From Camelus dromedarius (lineage: Eukaryota), in the NCBI RefSeq assembly GCF_036321535.1, contig NC_087447.1, positions 33,482,001 to 33,546,000 of the forward strand: a stretch of DNA of 64,000 bases, written 5' to 3'. Shown here piece by piece: positions 13,151 to 25,460 of the stretch (positions within the stretch are counted from its first letter, which is position 1; the number at the start of each line of letters is the position of its first letter). The notes under the pieces were generated by a model, which saw nothing but the letters and a program-made list of their open reading frames with translations, searched no databases and had not been told where the DNA came from. Both the position numbers and the translations under genes were made by a program.

Positions 13151-15289
13151 CCACAAGAACTCAAAAACTGAAGAGTATCTTTCAAAACACAAATTCTTTG
13201 TAAAGAGGAGATGCCCACTTAGGAGAGGAAGAGGACATTTTTGGCTCCCTAACAGAAGTGTCCCACAGGAAGCTTTTCCTTAGACCTCTCACTTTCAGCT
13301 TCCTAGTTAATTATGCTTGGATGTAATTTTATCTACAATTTAGGAATAAAATTGAAAAACAGAAGATTTACCACTGTTATCTTATATAGACTTGCGTATA
13401 CTGGCAGAATGTTCAATTAGATGTAATCTACGTTAATTAAGCTTTCCATTTCAACAAAGCTCTGTATTAACATACTTGAGTCAGAAAAATAAACATTAAA
13501 TCTGCAGTGCTATTAAGATAGCTCGGCAAGACAGATTCATCTTTGTGGCTCTTCCAAAGTGTTCTATTGGCACTGTAAAAAAATCAAATAAAAATCCATC
13601 AAATTAGAAATACAGATCAGAATTAATAACAGAGTGTCCATTCGATTACATAAAAGAATCTATTTCAATTGCTACCTCCAGGTACATTTTCAATTGCCTT
13701 TAGATTTAAGTGTTCCATTTCATTTACTCACTTAGGATATTCATGGTAACTCAACTGGCTCAGTGACCTAGGGAGTTTCCAGGTATTGCTGTGCCAAGAA
13801 GTTCACTCCTGGTTTGGGGGAATCACCTCCCAAATGTTCCACCTCTGGCTGCTGGAACCCCACAAGGTGAGAGAGATGCCAGCCTTTGGCTAGAAGGAAA
13901 CTCAGCCACTGAATGAACTTTTTCACCTTTAATTCACTAATGGCCTTGCCTGAGAGTAGCTGGAAGCCTAGGAGAAGTTGGCAACAGTGATTTCCAGAAC
14001 AGTAAATGCAGTTTTTCTGGATGACAGCTTTGCAACAGGCAGTTGGCTGATTACTCCCCGTGGTGCACAGGATGGCAGGGAGAGGTTCAGATCCAGAATG
14101 TGGTTCCCCCACTGCGTTTCATCAGCAAAAGTGACTTTTGACTGGAAACTGAACATCACTGGAAGGTTTGGGTGATAGATACTGTTTTCCTTTAACCAAT
14201 GAACTAGAGTCAACTGTCTGCTGATCTGGCTACTCCTCAGCATCCAATTTCCACCTTAACATCACCATCATGGCTTTTTTCTTTTTTTTTTTATCATATG
14301 CCAAGAACTATGGCAAATGTTTTACAAATACATCTAGTCCTATGCAAGAACCCCAAGGAGTTATTAGTTTCCGTCTCCAGATACCTACACCTTTGCCCTT
14401 TTCACTGTCCTGGGTGGCCTCCCACAGGCAGTACATTCAGGGCAGTATTTGTTCCTGGGACAATACATCCCATGTGAACCTTTGAAACTAGCCATGAAAT
14501 TTCTACGCAGCCCTAATCAGAGATGGACAAGAGGAGTCATCTATTCATTTAATATTTATTTAGTACGTACGGCGGACCTCTGAGTACTGCCTGGGAAAAC
14601 CGCCTACGTGATGCAGGCTCTTATCTGTGCTACTTTCACGTATTTGGGCACAGACCACATTGGAAACATCCCGAACAATCAGACAGAGGACAGCCTAGTT
14701 ATTCCAGTCTCCAGGTTCTCCCATCCCTGGCACACTGCTGGAGCGAATTTCCCAGTACTTGTCAACGAAACATGGTACAGGTAACACATGACTTTTCCAG
14801 GCCTGGCCCTTAAACCTATCCAAGGAGACTATGACTTAATGCTCATCACAGTGGAAGCTACTAATCTAGCTCTCTCAGAATGTCATAGTTCAAGTAGGAA
14901 ACAAGAACACGTAAAAGTTATGTAACATCTTTTAGTTGTGTTATTCAAGTTTTATCTATACACACAAACTACCCATCTTCTTGAAACATGCCCCCCAATA
15001 TTGAGCAAGTACAGGAAGGAGAAAAAAATGTTGCGATCGCAAATCTCAGAGCACATATTTTGTCATTTAACAATAAAACCAGAAGTCACCCATGAAGTCT
15101 TTAATTTAACCACTTTGCAATTTTTAAACGCTCCTTTAACCTGGATCAAAGAGGCAGTTAAACTGAAATTAAGAACTACAGAAAAGTACAGGAAATGAAA
15201 ACGCTATAGAGCCAGTATCAATGGGCTATATTCAAAGTGATAATCATTAGGAAAATATAAAGACTTCAGTGACTTCACCAGTCAACAGC

Positions 15290-16730
15290 AAATACGGAAA
15301 ACAAATGAACTAAACGGCCAAGAAGCTAGTAAAAATACCAAAATGATCAAGAAGAGGTAAGAAGCAGAAATCAATGAAGTTAAAATGAAATAGAATAGAC
15401 TTGATCAATAAAACTAAGAACTGTTTCATTAAAAAAGGCAATAAACTATACAATCCATGATGAGCTTGGCCAAGAAGGAAATACATATATTTACACTACA
15501 AGTTAATAAACCACAAATATAAAAAGTTTATTAAGAATATAATGTCCAACTATTTGCACCCTCCAAATTAGAGAACTCAGTGAAATTCATGATTTCAACA
15601 AAATGTAAATTGATCCAAAGAAAAGTTTAAAATTAAATAGAATACCCTAAGAGATGGAAAATGAACATTTTCAGTAATAAAAGATTTCAGCCTTCCTAAA
15701 CACAAATTATCAGCCTACATTATTTTCAGGCTAATCCTAGTAGAAATACTTATAAAAGACGTATTTCCTATATATTTAAACCAGTCTACAGCAGAAAATT
15801 CAAAGAGCCTCAAATTAAATCACGTACACAGAAAAACCTACTGTATCTCAGTTATGAGTTAACATTTAAGTGTTTAATGAGTTTAGTGTAAAGTCTTTAG
15901 AACAAAGTCTGGCATTTATCAGTACTTAAAACAGTTAACTATTACTATCATTTTTGTTTTTATTGATTTAGGAATCCTAAACATAAGTAGATGTAAATTT
16001 AGTAGTTTAACATTATCAACCCTACTAATGTTATTAATGTTAACAGATGAAAGGGGGAAAAAAACACATTCATCTCAAAAGGTACCCTGAAGAGGGTATT
16101 TAATAAAATATAACAGCTGTTCACAATTTTTTGGCCTTTCAGTAAATCAGGAATAGAATTAAATTTTCTTTAGATGATGACTATAAATACATTTATACAT
16201 ATACATACTATACATATACACATATATATTTATATATACAAGCCAGAAATAAAATATAACAGCTGTTCATGATTTTTTGGCCCTTCAGTAAATCAGAGAT
16301 AGAACTAAATTTCCTTTATACATACATATACACACACTATATATACAAATATAAAATGGATTGATAAATTAGAAACTACCAGACATTATATTAAACACAT
16401 AAGGAACACGTTAAAGATTTAAAGACAAAGACACAACTGTCTTCTGTCTTCTTCCTGACTTTAATGAGGACCTTTAATCTGATTATTATTCATCACTGTT
16501 ATGGAGATTGTAGCATCATTAAAAAAAAAAAAAAGGATAGCTAGTATAAATATTGGAATGTGAGAGACAAAACTTCCAATATTTTCAAGTTACAACATTG
16601 CATACTTAACAAATCAAGGGGGCGAAGGTCATCTAAAGCAGTAAAAAAAAAAAAATTAAATGCCTGTCACATGGTACACAACCAGAAAATGTTAGCTTAA
16701 AAAAAAGCATTCCACATAGCTAATACCTTG
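15290..16730 (+). mobile_element. Ancient, highly decayed L1 ORF2 region
   Basis: A-rich with recognisable ORF2 pieces (agcagaaatcaatgaa...gatcaataaaactaagaactgtttc); no open frame. Confidence 0.6.
16102..16350. repeat. Local tandem duplication, period 146 bp
   Basis: aataaaatataacagctgttca...tttttggcc.ttcagtaaatcag..atagaa.taaattt starts at both 16102 and 16248; each copy is followed by a TA/CA microsatellite. Confidence 0.9.
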
Positions 16731-16739
16731 AAAGTCTAA

Positions 16740-19020
16740 TACAAAAATCAGATCAAAGGCATCAAAAGAAAACTACAAACCAATACATGAACTTAGATAC
16801 AAAAATTTTTAACATACTATCAAATTTCTGAATATATAAAAAGGATCACACCACATAACTAAGTGAGATTTGTAATTCCAGGAATGCAAGCTTGATATAA
16901 CAACAAAAATTAGTATGAAACACCACATCAACAGAAAGGATAAAAACTCCATGATCATCTTGATAGATGCAGAAAACAGCACTTGAAAAAATTCAACACC
17001 CTTTCATGACTCAGCAAACTAGGAATGGAAAGGAATTTCCTCAACCTGGTCAGAGCACGTCGGAATGGAAGGGAACTTCTTCAACGTGGTTAAAAACATC
17101 TAAGAAGACCCATAGCTAACATCATACCTCATGGTGAAAACTGAAAGCTTTCCTCCTTAACATCAGGAACAAGACAACTTGTTCCCAACACTTCTGTTCA
17201 ACCGTGTACTGGAAGTTCTCATCAGGGCAATCCAGCAAGAAGATAAAACAAAAGGCATTCAGATAAGACAGAAATAAAAGTATCTCTGTTTACAGATGAC
17301 CAAATCTTGTGAATAAAAACTTGAGAAATCCACTAAGAAAATTATTAAAACAAAAGAAGTCAGCAAGGCTGCAGAAGACAAGGTCAACAAGCAAAACATG
17401 AGCTGCATTTCTGAAGTATATCTTTTCTGGATCTATGCCACAGAGCAGGACTGCTGGAGCATACGGTAGCCCTATTTTTACTTTAGGGAACCTCCATACT
17501 GTTTCCCATGGTGGCTGGACCAATTTGCATTCCCACAATGTAGGAGGGCTTCCTTTTCTCCACACCCTCTCCAGCATTTGTTTTGTAGATTTTTTAATGA
17601 TGGTCATTCTGACCAGTATGAGGTGATACCTCATTGTGGTTTTGACTTGCATTTCTCAAATAATTAGCAATGTTGAGCATCTTTTCATGTGCAGGTTAGC
17701 CATGTGCATGTCTTGTTTCACACTTACAAATTTTTAAGACTTACCACAAAGTTCAATAATCAAAACAGTACTGGCTGAAGAATAGACATATCTCAATGGA
17801 ATAGAACAAAGGGTCCAGAAATAAATCTTCATTTATGGTCAATTGATCTTCAATAAGAGTACCTAGACAATTCATTGGTCTGCAACAAATGGAGCTGAGA
17901 CAACTGGTTACTCACTTGCAAAAAAAAAAAAAAAATTAAATTGGACTCTTACCTCACACCACATAGAAAAAACTGACTCAATTTATCAAAGACCTGAACA
18001 AAAGAGCTAAACCTATAAAACGTTTTAAAGAAATCACAGTAGTGAATCTTCTTAGCCTCAGATTAGGCAACGATTTCTTAGACAAAAGTACAAGCAACAA
18101 AAGAACTGGACATCAAATTTCTAAACTTTTGTGCTTCCAAGAAAACCCTGAAGAAAATGAAAAGACAATCTACCAAATGCTGGGGGGGGGGGGGCTGTAA
18201 ATCAAATCCAATAACGGACATAGAATTACTATTATGAAATCATAAAGACAAAAACCCATTTAAGATGGGCAGATGATCTGAAAAGCCATTTTTCCAAAGA
18301 AGATACAGAGCAGCCAGGATTGAAAAGATACTCAACTTAAGTTGTCATCAGGAAAATGTAACTCAAAACCACAGTGTGATATCTCTTTAGATCTATCAGG
18401 ATGGCTATAATCAAAAAGAAAGATAATAACTCATGTTAACAAGAACATGGAGAAAACTGGAACCCTCCTACGCTGCTGGTGGGAATGTAACATGGTGCAG
18501 GCACTTTGGAAAACAATATGGGAGGTCCACGAACAGTTCAACAGAGTTACCACCCAATCCAGCAAATACATACCCAAGAGAATAAAAGTATATGTCCACA
18601 CAAATTTGTACATGAAAGTTCACAGCAGCATTGTAATAGCAAAAAAAAAAAAAAAAAACAGAAATAACTCGTGTCCATCAATGGATGAATGAATAAAAGG
18701 TGGTATATGCAAACAATGGATTATTCTGCAATAAAAAGTAATGAACAACTGACACACACTGTCAACGAAGAACCTTGAAAACATTATTCTAAATGAAAGA
18801 AGCCAGTGACAAAGGAGCACATACTCCATTTATCCATATGATTCCATTTATATAAACTGTCCTAATAGACAAATAGAGACAGAAAGCAGAGCAGTGAGTG
18901 CCTAAGTCTAGGGGACTGATGGGGAGATCGGGGAGTGGTAGCTAAGGCATTTCTTCTGGAGGTCATGAAAATTTGCTAAATTGATTTTGTTAACACGCAA
19001 CTTTGAATAGACTAAAAAAA
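16740..19020 (+). mobile_element. Old L1 (L1MB/MC-like): ORF2 RT region to 3' UTR, degenerate
   Basis: ttccaggaatgcaag, gatagatgcagaaaa, ctgaaagctttcc, gctgctggtgggaatgtaacatggtgcag and a 3' UTR (agacagaaagcaga..agtg) in colinear order, with many frameshifts. Contains a 40-bp tandem duplication (17022/17062). Confidence 0.88.
17413..17717 (-). mobile_element. Internal L1 ORF2 C-terminal fragment, inverted relative to its host L1
   Basis: Minus ORF 17290-17652 begins [22 protein letters not shown], matching L1 ORF2. No 3' UTR, no poly(A), no TSD seen. Confidence 0.85.
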
Positions 19021-20189
19021 CTAAAGTAACAAAAAAATGAGCTAGGAATCTAATAGTGTCTGTTATATCACAACTGTGGGATATGCTTATTTAATTCACC
19101 TTGATCATGAGTGATACACCGAGGATCACACAGGAGAGAACCAAGAAAAGGAGCTGGGAATCCAGTCAACATCTATGGGATCCTTGATGGATTCCAGTTT
19201 ACCAATCCAGTCTACCAGATCCCTGGATCCTCTGCTGTGGAATAAACCAGAGCCCCATCATCTCTACCTGGTCAAACGTCCAGGCCCCATGTCTACAAGG
19301 CAATTTGCTTCTCTAGACTCTGTTACCCTGGTAAACAGTAAGAGAAATCTGAAAATGATTAAAGATTCTCCCATATTACAAATGGGAACATCTTTTGTAT
19401 TATAAAAAGCCTCGTTCCTAAATATACAGCATCATATATTCCTCTCTTGTTTCCTGAATGCCATACTCTCTCTAGATGTTAATCTCCTTAAGCATGGAAA
19501 CCAGATCATCTTTAGTTCCAGCATCCAGGGCATTACAGATCCAGAGTTAATTCCTACACCTGGCTTCAAATGGACCAAACATGGAGGAAGGCACCATGGA
19601 ATGCAGAAAAATAGGTTCCCCTCCAATTCTATTTCTTCATATTTATTTTGTCTGAGTCAAGATCTGAGGTTTTCCTATTACAATGAAAAATGGTCAGATG
19701 CTTCTCCATTCAGTAATCCTCAAGTTCTATTAGAAACCTGCCAGGAAAGTAAGAGAAGGTGGCCTCAGATGACTATGTGGCAACACAAAATTTTTCAAAA
19801 CCTTTCTTAAAGTAAGATCTGGATTTTTTTTAGATTCCAAAAGAGCAACCCAGAAAATGGAGTTTCAAGTCTTAAGCTGAGACAAGGAGAAGAAATACCT
19901 TATTTGTTAAGAGCTGTACACTTAACACACGCTATCTTTCTTCAGCCTTTCAGCAGCCCTGCAAAGTAGATTAACCCAATTTACAGACCAGGAAATTGAG
20001 GTCCCAAGACTTAAAACAGCAGGTATCACAAAGTTCGACCTCAACTCCAGCCTTCATCAGGTCTGACTCTGAAGCCTGTGCTCTTTCTATTACATCAGCT
20101 GCCCTTCCACTTACTTCTCACCAACTTTGGAAAGTTCTCTGCTTTTTTCAATGGATTAATATAAAGTTGGTATTAGATCAAAATTGGCT

Positions 20190-21185
20190 GGGAGGTTCTG
20201 ATGGCAACGTAGGAAGGTCCTAAACTCACCTCCTCCACTGGACACAGAGTCCACAGCTCCCTATGGAACAGTTTCCTTGGGGAGAAACCTAGAGGCTGAT
20301 TGAACACATGGGGCAAACAAGGAAAGAGCTACATCAAAGCAGACAGAGGCTGGGACACAGTCTCACCATAAACCCCACCCCCAGCTCAGAGATGCACCAT
20401 CAGAAGGGAACTCAAAACCCAGAGTTTCACCTTGAAGAGCCAGGAGTTTGAACCCCACTTCAGGCACCCCAGTTCTTAAGACGTGCACCTCAGAAACAAG
20501 TCCCCAAATGCCTAGCCTTGAAAACCAGCAGGGCGCCTGTCCACAAGACCCACAAGGCTGTCATGAGCTGAAAAACAGCTCACATGCTGGGACTAACCCA
20601 CCTCGGTGCCCAGATCAAAGGCAGCCTATGGTGCCCAGATGTCAAATGAAAGAAGCTCATTTGCTTATAATAAACGGTTGGCCTGAGGGCCAGGCACCCA
20701 ATTTAACACACTTCCAGGAGCCTGCTGGAACCACCCAGGAGGAAGACCGGCAGGTGCCGTCTTCACATTCTCTCTCTTCCCGCTCCAGAGGACCATGCTC
20801 TCCCAGAAGGAAGCTTCTACACCACCTGCTGCCCTGGTTTTTACAGCTGCCACCCAGGGGACACCCTCCATCACCCAGCTCTGGAGCCCAGGTGGGCTCA
20901 TGTCCCTGGATCCTATGGGACCGTTAACAGTCAGAGACAGTCCTGGGCAGGCCACCACCCCCAGGGCATTGCACAGACAGACAGCAGACTGAAATGCACC
21001 CCCAGTCTTCTCATGAAAGAGTCCAGGGGCTTTGGCCTGGGGAGCAGGCTTCTGGTTTGGCCCACTTCGAGGGGCCTACAAAAGGTGTTCTCAGGGAACG
21101 GAGGCTGGTGAACACAATCTTTCTGCTTCCCTCTGCTTTGCTACAGCTCACCAGCTTCCCCCAGAAAGGAGCTTACAACCTTGTC
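20190..21185 (+). mobile_element. L1 5' UTR fragment (laurasiatherian-type), ORF1/ORF2 absent
   Basis: gatggcaacgtaggaaggtcctaaactcacctcctcc..ggacac...acagct..ctatggaaca resembles the start of L1 5' UTRs. Two degenerate internal repeats at about 20645-20825 and 21010-21180. Confidence 0.65.
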
Positions 21186-22087
21186 TTAGATTATCCAATC
21201 ATCACTCCCTAACAGAGTGATCTTTCTCAACCTTAAACCCTTACACGGTTTCCCATTATATTTATCTGGGGACTGGGGTCCAAGGTTTTCAACATGACAT
21301 CAAAGCTTCGAAATCATCTGGCTTCCAGACACCTCTGTAGGACCACCCATCACAGCCTCCCCAAGCTCCACAGCCCCTTCCCCATACACGCTCTGTGTGC
21401 CAGCCACTTACCTACACACACTGCTCCTTCCCTGAAATCATGACCACCTCTTTGTGGAATGCTTTTCTTCCCACCCCTCACTCCTTATGCAGCCTGTCAA
21501 ACATCTACCCACTTGACTTCCTTATACAACGATCGCCCTTTCTGAAGCCTTTCTTGGCTCACCCCAAAGGTTAGGAGAATCGACAACTACTACCTTTGTT
21601 CCCTAAACCCAAGTTTCTAGCATTGTCATCTACAACCCTTCCTGTTACTCATCTGTCCATCTTCCCTACTAGCTTACTCACGTGATCCTTAGTATAAAAA
21701 TTCTGTATTATTCACCATAACAGTCCCAGTGCCAAGCAGAGTTTTTGCATACAACGCACAATAAATGCTTACTGAAGGTTATTATTAAATATAACTAACT
21801 TGCAATGATGACCTAAATATGGACAGAATGTGGTTTCATATGAGCAAAGTCTATCAGAAGATGGAAAAATAGATGAGAAAGACACCGAGTGGTCCTTGGA
21901 GAGCCAACAAGAAAACCACTTTGCTCAACGTGTATTTCTCAATGCAGAGTAAATCCATTCACGTGTTCAACAGCCACCAGGCCTCCGTCAGTGGGACATT
22001 TTCTTGGAGTTACACCCTTCTGAATCCCAAGGCACTTTGTATCACCTATTAATCCAGGTCGATTCTGAGGAGAAAGCACATTCCTAC

Positions 22088-22238
22088 CTGTGTTCCAGCT
22101 CTCGGATGGACAGTATCACTCCAGAAGTTGACGCCTTCTGCAGCACGGTGGCCACAAAGGTGAACTCACTTTTATTCCGGAAGAGCTGAATTAATTTCTC
22201 GCTCACATGAGGGGCTGCGTGGATCTCTCTTTCTGTAT
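22088..22238 (-). CDS. NELL1: NELL1 internal coding exon (equivalent to human exon 3), N-terminal TSPN/laminin G-like domain
   Basis: Reverse complement reads ctcctag|AT ACA GAA AGA GAG ATC CAC...CTG GAA CAC AG|gtagga. It is 151 nt, phase 1 in and phase 2 out, and translates to (D)TEREIHAAPHVSEKLIQLFRNKSEFTFVATVLQKASTSGVILSIRELEH(S). This matches the NELL1 segment I recall (DIEREIHAAPHVSEKLIQLFRNKSEFT..ATVQQKPSTSGVILSIRELEHS). Canonical AG/GT, no stops. Confidence 0.96.
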
Positions 22239-22390
22239 CTAGGAGTCAAGAAGGAAGAGCAGGAGAAACAGGAGGGGAGACAGAAGGTGGGGGGAAGGAA
22301 GGAAGAAATACAGAAGGGAAAAGAGGAAGAACACAAGAAGGAGGAGGAACACAAGAAGGAAGAGGAGAAAAGACGTACAGTTAAAAACGC
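22239..22390 (-). promoter_or_regulatory. Extended polypyrimidine tract / AG-exclusion zone with candidate distant branch point
   Basis: Plus strand 22241-22390 is GA-rich and has no CT dinucleotide, so there is no AG on the transcribed strand. It includes a duplicated gaacacaagaagga unit. TTAAC on minus has its branch A at 22381. Confidence 0.75.
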
Positions 22391-23919
22391 CTTGTCTAGG
22401 GGATCCAGGGTGCGTTTTCCCTTCTCCCCTCTCGTCAACAGTTTCCATTTTCAAGTGCCACCCACCACTCCACACAGCCGCCTGCTTTCAATGCAAAGAC
22501 TGGAAATGCCAACTCGGCCACTGTTCCCACTTGTCACTTTGACAAGTTCACAATGGGCCAGCCAGTGATCCTGTGGCAGGAATTTTGACGGGACACTGAG
22601 CAATTTGGCCTGCTGCAAAGAGATTAAGTTGCTGTAAGAAAAGGAAGAGGCAGGCAGATAAATGGGGTCCAAAATTCAGAGAATCCTGCACATAACAGGA
22701 TCCAGTGCCACTCAGCAGGCTCCAATTTCACTTCTCCCGTGACCTCAGTTTCTCTCTCCCCACAAGGTATCTAGGGAAACCTGTCCTCACCTGGTCCCCA
22801 GGACAGATTTACTAGAGCTAATAACGCTGGACAACTCCGCTTTTACTTAAAGAATAAATACAAGGCAGGCCCGTGGTTGTGAAGTGTGCCTGGAATTTCT
22901 CCATAAACATGCAGTGGGTGACGGTCCTTATGAAAAATTTATTAAAGTTGAGGCCAGTGCAGCAGGCCTAGAGGTGTGTGAGTCCAGCTGGTCCCACTGC
23001 TGGACAGGAATCTTTCTGCAACATCCGCACCATGAGAGAGATCCCGATTCCATACTCAGCCTCACCCTTGTCATGATAAACTGGGTGTCAATCTCATTCT
23101 TCTACACTAAACTTCCTGGCATCAGAAAGTGGGCACCAAGGAAGCAGAGCTAGAGAAAACGATTCAGGGGATGCCAATCGAACACCAAGGATGTGCATCC
23201 TCTGACTGTAGGGTGATAACTGCTTGGGTTTTCTCCCAGGACTGCACAATTCAACACAGAACTGCAAAGGCTGCGTTTCCCGAGCAACATCACAGACTCG
23301 TATGTGACCCTGAAGAACCTCATCCTCAAGAGTGGCTTTTAACAGAAAGAAATCCTTGAATTCTTGACCTCAGGCTTCAGTCTTCTCATCTACAAAACGA
23401 GGGGGTGGACTGGGCGATTTCTCAGGGCCTCCCCAGCCTCCGCTCCTGTAATTCTACACATTGCTGTTTCAAGTTTGCAGCGGAGATCATCACAGTCTTG
23501 CAGCCACAAACATCTAGGCTACAAACGGAGGGGAGCAAGGTTGGGCCTCTACCATGGAGACACCCAACCAAGAACACTCCACCCACATGAAACCTACCTG
23601 AACGACTTTTGCTTTTCTGCCCAAAGGCCTTCACTACTTTACTACTAAGCAGCATGCTGTCAGCTTTTGTCAAGGGCTGGGATAAGAGACAGTACTTAGG
23701 GAACGTTTGAAAAAATACCTGGTTCTAGAGATTAACATCTGTGCTTGCTTTTTTTCCTTTTTTGCTCATCCATTAGGAATCAACTGATGCGTAATGGCTG
23801 CCTAGGGAGCTCACAGAGGATCCTGAAGCTTGGGCCCAGTGAAGAGGGCCATGATTGACCAGCAATGTCTGCTGGTGGAAAGGGGTATGACTGTCCTATC
23901 AGACATGCGTGGCCTCATC

Positions 23920-24825
23920 TTTCACTCAATTCTCCCTGGATGCTATCACCAAGCCCCATGGCCAATGATCCCCAAATTTATATCTGCAGCCCCAACCTCT
24001 CCCTCAAGCAGCAAACTCACATGCAATATCCTTCTTAATATCTCCATGTGGAATGTCTGAGATCATTTCAAGTTGTATCCACCCACAGAGCTCTTGTTCT
24101 CTCCCCCAACCCTCTTATCAACTCCTGGGAACTCCTGTCTTAGTAAATGGAACTACCCACTTCCTCAGGCCAAAACACTAGGAATTGTCCTTGATTTATT
24201 CTTTTCCTCCACCCTCTGTATTCAATCAAAGAGCACGTCATGAGGGCATCCATGTCTGGTATCTGTTCATTTCTTCCCAACTCCACTCTTAGAACTCCTG
24301 TCCAAGCTGCCATCATCGCTCCAACAGCTCCCCAACCGGTCTCCCTGCTGCCATACTGCCTTCCCTTTTCCATTCTCCATCACAGCAGCCAAAGTGCTCT
24401 TCTTAAAGCAGAAGTCAGAATCACTTCTGTCTCCTGCTTAAAAGCTTCCACTGGCTTCCCATTGCTTCCAGGATAAAATCAGGCTCTTTAGCATGACCTG
24501 CGTGGTCACACATCAGCTGACTCTTGCCTTCCTCTCCTGCAGCTCTCACTGCAAATGCAACCTCCTGCTCACTCCCTCCAACGCAGGCCACCTGGGTTAG
24601 TTTCTCCATACCACTCATCACAGTCTATACATTGTGATCAATTACTTCCTTACATCACATATCACAATGCTGGTTTGTGTTTCTTACCGTATTTTCTTTC
24701 TTTCCCCACCATACTATAAACTCCACGAGAGTAGGCATACTTACTTATTCATTGTTGTATCCCCAGTTCTTACTGGCTGGCAGGAAGCAGACATCCAAAA
24801 AAGATTTATTGGATCAATTAACTAA
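23920..24825 (+). mobile_element. L2 fragment
   Basis: atcccaaatttatatctgcagccc...atctccatgtggaatgtct...ctccatcacagcagccaaagtgctcttcttaaa...ggcttcccattgct through to the tail. Confidence 0.8.
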
Positions 24826-25309
24826 CGTATTTTCCACTTATGTCATTTATATTGTTACTTCAAGTAGCCACAAATATTATAGTCAGAAAGTAGTATGTTA
24901 CCTTTTGAAAAAGTAGGAGGTACATAGGTATTTCTTAAGTGCCAGTGCTGATCAACTGAAAATGATTTTCAGTGCCAGTTCAGCCTACTTCTCCTTGTAA
25001 GCCACCCCAGCTAACAGTCATTAATCCAATCCAGCCAGAATTCTGTTCACTCAACCCTCCTAGAAAGCTGAACATTTCTTTTGCTGGCTTTTCTTATTGC
25101 TCATTATAAGTGATTGGCACATTGAAGTAAAGAGACCCCATTAGCACTCAGAGTGAAATGTAAAAAAAATCTATTTTGATAAATTGAGACTTTATATACA
25201 TTCTCTTTCAAAAAAGCTCTTTCGAAATAACTGTTTACCATAATTCAGCCACTAAAAGAACCTAAGTAATCCTACGACTTCTTACAATATAGAGGCAGTA
25301 ACTGGGACC

Positions 25310-25460
25310 AGCGTTCAAGGAACTGAAGACTACTCATTTCTGCTGATAACTAAGCTGTGTGACCTGGGATAAGATTGACCTCTCTGAGCCTCACACACCG
25401 CATCAGGAAATTGAGAGGATGGAACTCTATGATCTCCAAGTTCTTTTCTAGTTTCATCAT
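25310..25460 (+). mobile_element. MIR/MIR3 SINE
   Basis: actaagctgtgtgacctggg...cctctctgagcctca...atgatctccaagttcttttctagtt. Confidence 0.65.

Larger units (their letters stand above)
1..22087 (-). other. NELL1: NELL1 intron downstream of the exon (intron 3, partial)
   Basis: Starts at the donor GTAGGA (22087-22082). The next exon (YFELESSG...) was not found in the window. Confidence 0.85.

Noticed and set aside
20448..20927. 159-aa ORF
   Set aside because: TTG start inside a decayed L1 5' UTR; no similarity to ORF1p or any protein I recognise.
22172..22568. Low-complexity ORFs (poly-E/K or F/L/S) around the exon
   Set aside because: Translations of the polypyrimidine tract, not coding.
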